Shown here in pieces: positions 24,103-33,341 of a stretch of DNA of 64,000 nucleotides. The notes under the pieces were generated by a model, which was not told the origin of the DNA, ran no database searches, and saw nothing but the letters and a program-made list of their open reading frames with translations. A program made the translations under genes and the position numbers. Within the stretch, counting starts at the first letter, position 1; each line of letters begins with the position of its first letter. Origin of the DNA: Flectonema sp. DT1601 (taxonomy: Eukaryota); the NCBI GenBank assembly GCA_964019425.1, contig OZ025789.1, positions 1,240,001-1,304,000 of the forward strand, read 5' to 3'.

Positions 24103-26425
24103 ACCAGGCAATGTTCAACGCCTTCTGTTTCATGGTGACAGTATTTTTATTTTTTTGTGCAAAGACCTGCAGTATTCTTCCCAGATAAATCTTTTCGTAT
24201 CGTATCAAAGTTCCCCCTTAGTACATTACCTCGGTCATTGAGACTGGCGTGGAGATGTGCTACATTAAACCGTGGGAGACCGTATGGTTGTTCTTGCGTA
24301 ATTTTACCCACCGATCCGTTTTAACCAGACAAATGTTTTAACGGCTTTTTCCATGTTGAGTTCTTTGCTGCTTTTCCTATATAGCCCAAGGGACAAGTTA
24401 TATAGCAAAAGAGTCAAGCATAGTGCACTATATAGGGAGTGCCGCGGGGGGCTCCACTACGGAAATCGAGAGTCGTGGCTGTACAGGTATAAGCACACTT
24501 TCCCCTTTCCCCTTATGTTTGGTCGTAGTATAGTTGGTTAGAGGTTGTCAGTGGCAATCGCGGCGATAGGGTAGAGCGTTTAGGTCGCCAATTTAGAGCG
24601 AGCCAATTTGAATGGTCTCCAGGCAGATGGGTGAGCTTGTCCTTCCTAGGCTGCTATCACCGAGCGGACCGCTGAAGACTCGAGTAGTCTAGGAAAGCCT
24701 TACGTCGGATTCGTCCACTGTTAACCTTTGGTTTCATTTTATTTTTTTCACATTGATTTTAATTTACAGCTGTTTTTCACTGTTACGGTAGCGTAGGCAA
24801 GAGGTGCTCAACTACGTTCACGTGGCCTCCACCAAAGAAACCAGGCAATGTTCAACGCCTTCTGTTTCATGGTGACAGTATTTTTATTTTTTTGTGCAAA
24901 GACCTGCAGTATTCTTCCCAGATAAATCTTTTCGTATCGTATCAAAGTTCCCCCTTAGTACATTACCTCGGTCATTGAGACTGGCGTGGAGATGTGCTAC
25001 ATTAAACCGTGGGAGACCGTATGGTTGTTCTTGCGTAATTTTACCCACCGATCCGTTTTAACCAGACAAATGTTTTAACGGCTTTTTCCATGTTGAGTTC
25101 TTTGCTGCTTTTCCTATATAGCCCAAGGGACAAGTTATATAGCAAAAGAGTCAAGCATAGTGCACTATATAGGGAGTGCCGCGGGGGGCTCCACTACGGA
25201 AATCGAGAGTCGTGGCTGTACAGGTATAAGCACACTTTCCCCTTTCCCCTTATGTTTGGTCGTAGTATAGTTGGTTAGAGGTTGTCAGTGGCAATCGCGG
25301 CGATAGGGTAGAGCGTTTAGGTCGCCAATTTAGAGCGAGCCAATTTGAATGGTCTCCAGGCAGATGGGTGAGCTTGTCCTTCCTAGGCTGCTATCACCGA
25401 GCGGACCGCTGAAGACTCGAGTAGTCTAGGAAAGCCTTACGTCGGATTCGTCCACTGTTAACCTTTGGTTTCATTTTATTTTTTTCACATTGATTTTAAT
25501 TTACAGCTGTTTTTCACTGTTACGGTAGCGTAGGCAAGAGGTGCTCAACTACGTTCACGTGGCCTCCACCAAAGAAACCAGGCAATGTTCAACGCCTTCT
25601 GTTTCATGGTGACAGTATTTTTATTTTTTTGTGCAAAGACCTGCAGTATTCTTCCCAGATAAATCTTTTCGTATCGTATCAAAGTTCCCCCTTAGTACAT
25701 TACCTCGGTCATTGAGACTGGCGTGGAGATGTGCTACATTAAACCGTGGGAGACCGTATGGTTGTTCTTGCGTAATTTTACCCACCGATCCGTTTTAACC
25801 AGACAAATGTTTTAACGGCTTTTTCCATGTTGAGTTCTTTGCTGCTTTTCCTATATAGCCCAAGGGACAAGTTATATAGCAAAAGAGTCAAGCATAGTGC
25901 ACTATATAGGGAGTGCCGCGGGGGGCTCCACTACGGAAATCGAGAGTCGTGGCTGTACAGGTATAAGCACACTTTCCCCTTTCCCCTTATGTTTGGTCGT
26001 AGTATAGTTGGTTAGAGGTTGTCAGTGGCAATCGCGGCGATAGGGTAGAGCGTTTAGGTCGCCAATTTAGAGCGAGCCAATTTGAATGGTCTCCAGGCAG
26101 ATGGGTGAGCTTGTCCTTCCTAGGCTGCTATCACCGAGCGGACCGCTGAAGACTCGAGTAGTCTAGGAAAGCCTTACGTCGGATTCGTCCACTGTTAACC
26201 TTTGGTTTCATTTTATTTTTTTCACATTGATTTTAATTTACAGCTGTTTTTCACTGTTACGGTAGCGTAGGCAAGAGGTGCTCAACTACGTTCACGTGGC
26301 CTCCACCAAAGAAACCAGGCAATGTTCAACGCCTTCTGTTTCATGGTGACAGTATTTTTATTTTTTTGTGCAAAGACCTGCAGTATTCTTCCCAGATAAA
26401 TCTTTTCGTATCGTATCAAAGTTCC
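24103..26425. repeat. 737-bp tandem repeat, 3 full units plus a 112-bp partial unit
   Basis: Units start at 24103, 24840, 25577 and 26314; identical 62-aa spurious ORFs at 24353, 25090 and 25827 (spacing 737); homology ends at AAAGTTCCC just before a (CT)n/T tract. Confidence 0.97.
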
Positions 26426-26442
26426 CTCTTCTCTCTCTCTCT

Positions 26443-26477
<35 letters not shown>

Positions 26478-26740
26478 AAATACCCTTTCAATCAACACAC
26501 ACGTAAAATGTGAAGATAAAGATAACGTTACCGACATCTTAGGAGCTCCTTCGACCTCCTGTTTTACATGATTTTGATTATGCATCAGATTATACTCTTC
26601 TACATTTATTATAGAAGAGTGCTCCACTAGTAGTGCGCTATAAACTAATAACTACGAGTAGAATGGTTTTTTTTTTTATATGAACATTATTTCTTGTTAA
26701 CTGGGATGCTTGAATCACTAGCTGACTGACTTCTACACTA

Positions 26741-26805
26741 TAACTGATGATGAGAGAATAGAGGTAAAGAGGTATATGGGATTACTCTCGAAACCTGAAT
26801 AGTTA
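26741..26805 (+). ncRNA. Candidate small structured RNA (hammerhead-core-like, or a short box C/D RNA)
   Basis: CTGATGA-T-GAGAG...CTCTC-GAAAC; can also be read as ATGATGA...CTGA closed by a TAACTG/TAGTTA stem. Confidence 0.35.
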
Positions 26806-26946
26806 CTTCAAAAAGGCTGAGCTAAAGCATCACACCTAGTCACTGTATCTAAAACTTTTGATTATCGTTATGTTGTTTGTGGGTACAATATATATGTATT
26901 TTACGTACAACAATATTAAACAGTTATCCCCCCTCTCTTTTTTTTG

Positions 26947-27040
26947 CAAATATTTTTTCAGTCAAGTGCTTTGAAAATAAATTTTTGTTTTAATACCTAA
27001 AGTTGTTACTGTTTTTTATATTGTCAAAGTTTCACCCCCC
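26947..27040. repeat. Dispersed repeat family 1, copy 3
   Basis: CAAATATTTTTTCAGTCAAGTGCTTTGA...AATACCTAAAGTTGTTACTGTTTTT...CAAAGTTTCACCCCC matches 10311-10401. Confidence 0.8.
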
Positions 27041-27180
27041 ACTCTTGAGAAATTGTTGTTCCTTTGAGCTTAAGAATGCAGTATCAAATTACCCTCTTTT
27101 TGAAATGCTAATGTACTACCCACACGTTATCGTTTTATTATTTATATCTGCAAACCTATTTTCTTTTTTTTGGGCGACCC

Positions 27181-27278
27181 AACGTATTCCTTTGTTAGGT
27201 CTTTGTATTGGTTGCGCACAAACAAAAATAAAAGTGTGAGTAAAAAAGTAAAGTGAAGGTTTGGCTGAATCTTTTTTT
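27181..27278. repeat. Dispersed repeat family 2, copy 2
   Basis: Matches 8882-8980. Confidence 0.75.
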
Positions 27279-27599
27279 TATATTTTTTATTATGCCTTTA
27301 ATGAACCCGTAAAAAAATAAAACAAAAAATAGTATCTGCGTGTTCGAACGCCGACTCTAGAACCTTGTAGCTGTCCTACGTCATTGGTTAGTGTGTGACC
27401 AATAGTCATGTACTTCTAAAGAAGAATCGATGGGTAGCAAACAAACAACTGTGTATTGTTGTGTCTTTGTCTATTACAGTGCGCGTATGTTGTGGTTTAA
27501 TAACATTATTCCGTTTTTTTTTTTTTTTTTTTTTTGAAAAAACCATATGGTTATTACACAAACGAAAAAAAAAAACTTGATAGAGTTTTTTTTAATGTT

Positions 27600-27779
27600 G
27601 GTGTTCGACATGTGTCAGAGGCAATAATCTAGTTGCGGCATGCGAGAGGTGGAATTCTTAGATCGTGGGAAGACGAACTATCTGCGAAAGATCTAAGATT
27701 TGAAGCATTCGACAAGAATGTCTTCATTAATCAAGAACGAGAGTGTGGGGATCGAAAATGATCAGATACCGTAGTCCAC
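27600..27779 (+). pseudogene. Rearranged fragment of 18S (SSU) rRNA
   Basis: GAGAGGTGGAATTCTTAGA...AAGACGAACTA..TGCGAAAG..GCATT...TCATTAATCAAGAACGA.AGTGTGGGGATCGAA.ATGATCAGATACCGTAGTCCAC matches the conserved SSU segment downstream of V4; it carries insertions and has no flanking rRNA. Confidence 0.9.
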
Positions 27780-28422
27780 TACCCGTCTCAGGATCGAGAG
27801 ATGCACTTTTGGCTCTCACGGATTTTATACTGTTTTTTCCCTTCATTATAGATTTTTTCTTTTTTTTTTTAAAATTTTTTTGTTATTGACGCTAGTTAAA
27901 AAGACTTGCAATGTCAAAACAAAAGAAACGTAAATACTGTTCACATCGCGGCTCTGAAAAAAAACGAGGTAAAGGAAAAAAAAAAAACTAATAAAACGAA
28001 GAAAAACAGATTAAAAACAACAAAAACTAAAAAAAAAAAAACGTTATGTGAAATTCGTTTGTCGGTCATGGTATATACCGGATTGTTTTCTTTTTCTATG
28101 CGTATTTTGCATATTGAATTTTTGGGTGTTGTGCAATGTGTCACTTTTTTACGTGCTGTGATGAACCACTCGGGAATTTTGTGTTGACATTTTGATCTGT
28201 GATAGGATTCAAAGGGATAACATGAAACTAGTTGTTCTTTTCTCCTCTCTCCCGTGTGCATCTTGTATTAATAATTATGTTAGATTATATACTCAACAAC
28301 CATAACGGTGACCAAACCCAATGGGGTGAATGGATAAGTGTGTTTTTTTTTCTTTGAGATATTTCAACCACTTCCCTTACTAATTTTCATTGTTTCATTT
28401 CAAGTATAAATAAATAAATACT

Positions 28423-31400
28423 ATGCTGCGGAGGGTGATAGTCTGCGCTGCAAAGGTAAAACCTTTACAGGCACCAAAAGGAAAAGCTGTCAAGAAGATA
28501 TCTAAAATAGATCAAAGAATTCTAGCATTGGCTGCGAGAGAAAAAGAAGTAACAGACGACCTTAAAAAGGCTCAAAGGGAAGAAGATGAAAACCCAACAG
28601 GACTCGATCGTCGCGTTGTAACTGAGAGAATTATAGGAACAATCGAGGTTCGTATTTTATAAATGTGCTATTGAAAATTTAAGTCAAAAAAAAAAAAAAA
28701 AAATGAACAGGATTTCAGCTGTGAAGGCCCTCTGCACAACGGACACCAGCAATTCTGGAAACACAATTACGTAGTAGACGGTACACTTGTTGTAAAGTTT
28801 CTAAACAAAAGCTGGATGGTATGAACAGAACTCAAACATTTATTTAACAAAACGTATACAAAACAACTACAATACTCAAACAGGTTGACAGACCACAAGT
28901 CGGTATGGATATTGGAGTAGCTGTGAGTCTCTCTTGTACCCGTAATAATAATGGAGTTTTAAGAATATCGAATATGCGTCGTGCGAATCCAACTGAGAAG
29001 AAAGAACTAGTAAGAAAAGCGCATCAAAGGTATCCAAGTTATTCCTTTTAAAAATAAGTGTATCAATCATCCCCCGCAGTCACTTCTGATTACTGCGGGG
29101 ATCCTCAATTACACGAGACTTCTGCTACCGTGTGTTGGTCTAGAACACTAAATCTGACTGCAGTCCTTGAAATTCAGATTAGTGAAGTAGTCAAAATCCA
29201 TCCTCTCTCTCGTTACGTCGAGCGGTCCCTCGACAACGCCTTGTCAAATATTTGTCCGTTCATTCCACTGTTACCACACTTGATTCGAAGTGTAAGGAGG
29301 AAGTCAGAAAACTGATCTCAGAAGTTTATAACGCAAATGAAATCGAAAAAGTCTACGACCATTTGTGGGACTTGGAGTTATACTGTTTCTTGAATTCGGA
29401 TAAAAACAAAAACCAACATTTTAATTCATTCCTGGAGAAGATTAGGTCTTCTAAATTTACTCGGATCGATCCAGTGTGGTTCGATTCAAATAAATGGCTG
29501 CTGCCAACCTAGCGTTAATTGTTAATGCTCTACGAGTGCTTTAGTATATTATCAGTGTAATTGTTCTATCCCGTTTTAATTTTGATGATTTTTATTTATT
29601 TATTATTAATTTTTTTTATTTTATTTTATTTTATTTTATTTTTATTTTTTTTTATTTTAGTTCGATAGTTTAATAAGCTAGGCGAGGCGGAAAGCTGGAG
29701 ATTGGTATTTATTAATCTTCAGTCGATGCTACTTCAACAATCCATGCGAAATCTTCGGATATGGCTACGGATTGGGTCCTCTGTTACTGTGAGTTACCTA
29801 GCACTCATAATATACAGTAACGTTGGATTAACTAACTAACTAACTCTCTCTCTCATTTGGGAAGTGTATCAATCATCCCCCGCAGTCATTTCTGATTACT
29901 GCGGGGATCCTCAATTACACGAGACTTCTGCTACCGTGTGTTGGTCTAGAACACTAAATCTGACTGCAGTCCTTGAAATTCAGATTAGTGAAGTAGTCAA
30001 AATCCATCCTCTCTCTCTCTCTCATTCGGGAAGTGTATCAATCATCCCCCGCAGTCACTTCTGATTACTGCGGGGATCCTCAATTACACGAGACAGCTAA
30101 CCATCTACTCCACAACTCTCTTCACCTTGTGATGATAAAACACATGCATTCAATACATGAATAAGCCGCATACTTTTGAATTGTCACATGTGAACACTCT
30201 ACAACCTGATTGACTTGTAATCCACCCCATATCCCAAAATCTGACAGCGGCCAAAATATAGATATCCATCCTCTCTCTCTCTCATTCGGGAAGTGTATCA
30301 ATCATCCCCCGCAGTCATTTCTGATTACTGCGGGGATCCTCAATTACGCGAGACTTCTGCTACCGTGTGTTGGTCTAGAACACTAAATCTGACTGCAGTC
30401 CTTGAAATTCAGATTAGTGAAGTAGTCAAAATCCATCCTCTCTCTCTCTCTCATTTGGGAAGTGTATCAATCATCCCCCGCAGTCACTTCTGATTACTGC
30501 GGGGATCCTCAATTACACGAGACTTCTGCTACCGTGTGTTGGTCTAGAACACTAAATCTGACTGCAGTCCTTGAAATTCAGATTAGTGAAGTAGTCAAAA
30601 TCCATCCTCTCTCTCTCTCTCATTCGGGAAGTGTATCAATCATCCCCCGCAGTCACTTCTGATTACTGCGGGGATCCTCAATTACACGAGACAGCTAACC
30701 ATCTACTCCACAACTCTCTTCACCTTGTGATGATAAAACACATGCATTCAATACATGAATAAGCCGCATACTTTTGAATTGTCACATGTGAACACTCTAC
30801 AACCTGATTGACTTGTAATCCACCCCATATCCCAAAATCCGACAGCGGCCAAAATATAGATATCCATCCTCTCTCTCTCTCATTCGGGAAGTGTATCAAT
30901 CATCCCCCGCAGTCACTTCTGATTACTGCGGGGATCCTCAATTACACGAGACAGCTAACTATCTACTCCACAACTCTCTTCACCTTGTGATGATAAAACA
31001 CATGCATTCAATACATGAATAAGCCGCATACTTTTGAATTGTCACATGTGAACACTCTACAACCTGATTGACTTGTAATCCACCCCATATCCCAAAATCT
31101 GACAGCGGCCAAAATATAGATATCCATCCTCTCTCTCTCTCATTCGGGAAGTGTATCAATCATCCCCCGCAGTCATTTCTGATTACTGCGGGGATCCTCA
31201 ATTACGCGAGACTTCTGCTACCGTGTGTTGGTCTAGAACACTAAATCTGACTGCAGTCCTTGAAATTCAGATTAGTGAAGTAGTCAAAATCCATCCTCTC
31301 TCTCTCTCTCATTTGGGAAGTGTATCAATCATCCCCCGCAGTCATTTCTGATTACTGCGGGGATCCTCAATTACGCGAGACTTCTGCTACCGTGTGTTGG

Positions 31401-32553
31401 TCTAGAACACTAAATCTGACTGCAGTCCTTGAAATTCAGATTAGTGAAGTAGTCAAAATCCATCCTCTCTCTCTCTCTCATTCGGGAAGTGTATCAATCA
31501 TCCCCCGCAGTCACTTCTGATTACTGCGGGGATCCTCAATTACACGAGACAGCTAACCATCTACTCCACAACTCTCTTCACCTTGTGATGATAAAACACA
31601 TGCATTCAATACATGAATAAGCCGCATACTTTTGAATTGTCACATGTGAACACTCTACAACCTGATTGACTTGTAATCCACCCCATATCCCAAAATCCGA
31701 CAGCGGCCAAAATATAGATATCCATCCTCTCTCTCTCTCATTCGGGAAGTGTATCAATCATCCCCCGCAGTCACTTCTGATTACTGCGGGGATCCTCAAT
31801 TACACGAGACAGCTAACTATCTACTCCACAACTCTCTTCACCTTGTGATGATAAAACACATGCATTCAATACATGAATAAGCCGCATACTTTTGAATTGT
31901 CACATGTGAACACTCTACAACCTGATTGACTTGTAATCCACCCCATATCCCAAAATCTGACAGCGGCCAAATTATAGATATCCATCCTCTCTCTCTCTCT
32001 CTCATTCGGGAAGTGTATCAATCATCCCCCGCAGTCACTTCTGATTACTGCGGGGATCCTCAATTACACGAGACTTCTGCTACCGTGCTATATATAATCC
32101 TACTCAAACTGGGGATTCTGATTGTCAAGCAGGCCACTATTCGTTCTTTTTGTATCTAAATGGTTCTGCTTTAAACAGTCGTTTTTGTTATTAATTTCTT
32201 CCACAATTTGCCCCATATTGTGTATCAATCATCCCCGCAGTCACTTCTGGTTACTGTCAATTACGAGACAGCCACCTTCAGACTGTTTTCGTCTGACAAA
32301 ACACATGCATTCCCCTGCAGTCACTTCTACGATGTTTTAGAAAATTAAACAATTTAAAAACAGGGAAGTTGCTCGTTCAAGTAACCTTCACGAAGTTGAG
32401 ATTAGAAAGCGTATTCCATTCGCTATCCTTGAGTCAAAACTATCAGGTAACCTCGATAAGGAAGGATTTCAGCAGGCAATCCTAGCAGTTTATCGTTTCG
32501 TCAAACCTGAAGTTTTTAAGGAGCAACCGAAAACTGAAGCCAAGGCGGCATAG
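28423..32553 (+). CDS. Hypothetical, probably mitochondrion-targeted protein, 4 exons (28423-28647, 28711-28818, 28884-29029, 32364-32553)
   Basis: MLRR- N-terminus. Introns 28648-28710 and 28819-28883 (phase 0) and 29030-32363 (phase 2, GTATCC...TTTAAAAACAG) give one continuous frame of about 222 aa ending ...KTEAKAA*. Confidence 0.75.
29056..29121 (+). ncRNA. Candidate single-hairpin AGA-box (H/ACA-like) guide RNA; further copies start at 29862, 30031, 30291, 30460, 30629, 30889, 31149, 31318, 31487, 31747 and 32011
   Basis: Lower stem GTGTA/TACAC, internal pocket TCAATC / CCTCAAT, upper stem ATCCCC(C)GCAGT/ACTGCGGGGAT, then G-AGA; about 66 nt, with AGA 13 nt below the upper stem. Confidence 0.55.
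29211..29845 (+). mobile_element. Probable 5'-truncated non-LTR retroelement insertion
   Basis: Unique segment splitting the (CT)n linker of an array unit; ORF tail to TAG at 29512, T-rich region, stem GTTACTGT/ACAGTAAC, and terminal (TAAC)4 repeat. Confidence 0.5.
30129..30209 (+). ncRNA. Candidate box C/D snoRNA in B units; further copies at 30727-30807, 30987-31067, 31585-31665 and 31845-31925
   Basis: GTGATGA (box C) ... CTGA (box D) spanning 81 nt, with possible internal ATGA / ATGTGA D'/C' elements; no terminal stem and no firm target identified. Confidence 0.4.
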
Positions 32554-33341
32554 TTTGCAACCTGGTAGTGACTGCAGACAAAGGTGACCCGGGCAGGCTC
32601 AATATCTGTTGAGTGGTTCTCACAGACAAGAGAAGACGTCTATAAAGAAAATAAACACTAGAGATATGTGTATCAGAGCTTTCAAAAAGCAGAGGACGGT
32701 TCAGAACAGGGAAAACAAAAAAAAAACCTCATCTGGACGCGTGTTGTAAAATGAAAAGTCTGAATAACGCCTAGAAAAAGAGCGGGGGAGTAAGTGATAC
32801 AAACTTCTGAAAAAGAGAATAAAAGATGGAAAACTGCTCGATCAGCAGCATGACTTCTCACATTTAAAAACCTTTTGACCCCTAGCGTTGTTTTACGATT
32901 CTGTTTCCCATCTGATGTTGAACTACCTGGGATAGCGCAGGTATTTAGATTAAGTTTGACAAACGAAAAAAAAAAAAAAAATAAAAAAAGAAAAGGACGA
33001 AAAAAAAGCGATAAAACAAAATAAAAAAAAAAAAAAAGTGCGGAAAAGAAAAGAAAAATCCAAAAACGAACAATCCACGGGCAAGATATATTGTCTCCAC
33101 CTCCTGAACCTTAGATTTTCTTGTTTCATTTTTTGTATTTAAAGTTTTAATTGTATTATCATTCTGTTCTCTCAATAGCGTCTCCCTTCTTTATTGAAAA
33201 TTAGTTATCAGCAAACTGATACCCTTTTTATGATGTTTCAGGGAATCAAGAAGCGAAAGGTGATCTTCTTACGATTATTAACTTAATTCTTTTTACATAT
33301 TCTCACAACGTCAGTGCGATATCAATAAGGGATAAAATAAA

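Larger units (their letters stand above)
29056..32330. repeat. Intronic higher-order tandem array of 169-bp (A) and 260-bp (B) units sharing a common core of about 90 bp; order A|insertion|A B A A B B A A B B a, plus a decayed copy
   Basis: Core start spacings from 29862 are 169, 260, 169, 169, 260, 260, 169, 169, 260, 264; AABB super-unit of about 858 bp; degenerate remnants at 32219-32330. Confidence 0.97.

Noticed and set aside
24200..24460. RNase MRP/P RNA (AAAGTTCCCC ... GGGGCTC resembling P4)
   Set aside because: The other conserved regions and closing helices could not be found; a covariance-model search would be needed.
24521..24600. tRNA gene (TAGTATAGTTGGTTAG resembles an A box)
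   Set aside because: No anticodon or T arm, and no B box at tRNA spacing.
24672..24715. Hammerhead ribozyme CTGAAGA...GAAA in the 737-bp unit
   Set aside because: Stem II would be only 2 bp, stems I and III are weak, and a competing 13-bp stem sequesters the GAAA region.
24353..26015. Three identical 62-aa ORFs
   Set aside because: By-product of the tandem repeat; no protein-like features.
24103..26425. SL RNA or 5S rRNA tandem array
   Set aside because: No euglenozoan SL exon on either strand (only AACCAAC on the minus strand and CTGTAC on the plus); the 5S-like words (TAGTAC, TGGGAGACC, ACCGATCC) have the wrong order and spacing.
29191..29512. Exon 4 of the 28423 gene via AAGTAG at 29190 (also in frame)
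   Set aside because: The acceptor is part of the repeat unit and lacks the A-rich CAG typical here, so 32364 fits better. Alternative use cannot be excluded without RNA-seq.
29056..32090. CRISPR-like repeat-spacer array
   Set aside because: Only two recurring 'spacers', a repeat of about 90 bp, no cas genes, and a eukaryotic intron context.
29864..32159. Repeated 60-77-aa ORFs (MYQSSPAV..., MTCNPPH...)
   Set aside because: They have GTG/TTG starts inside repeat units and their frames vary with (CT)n length.
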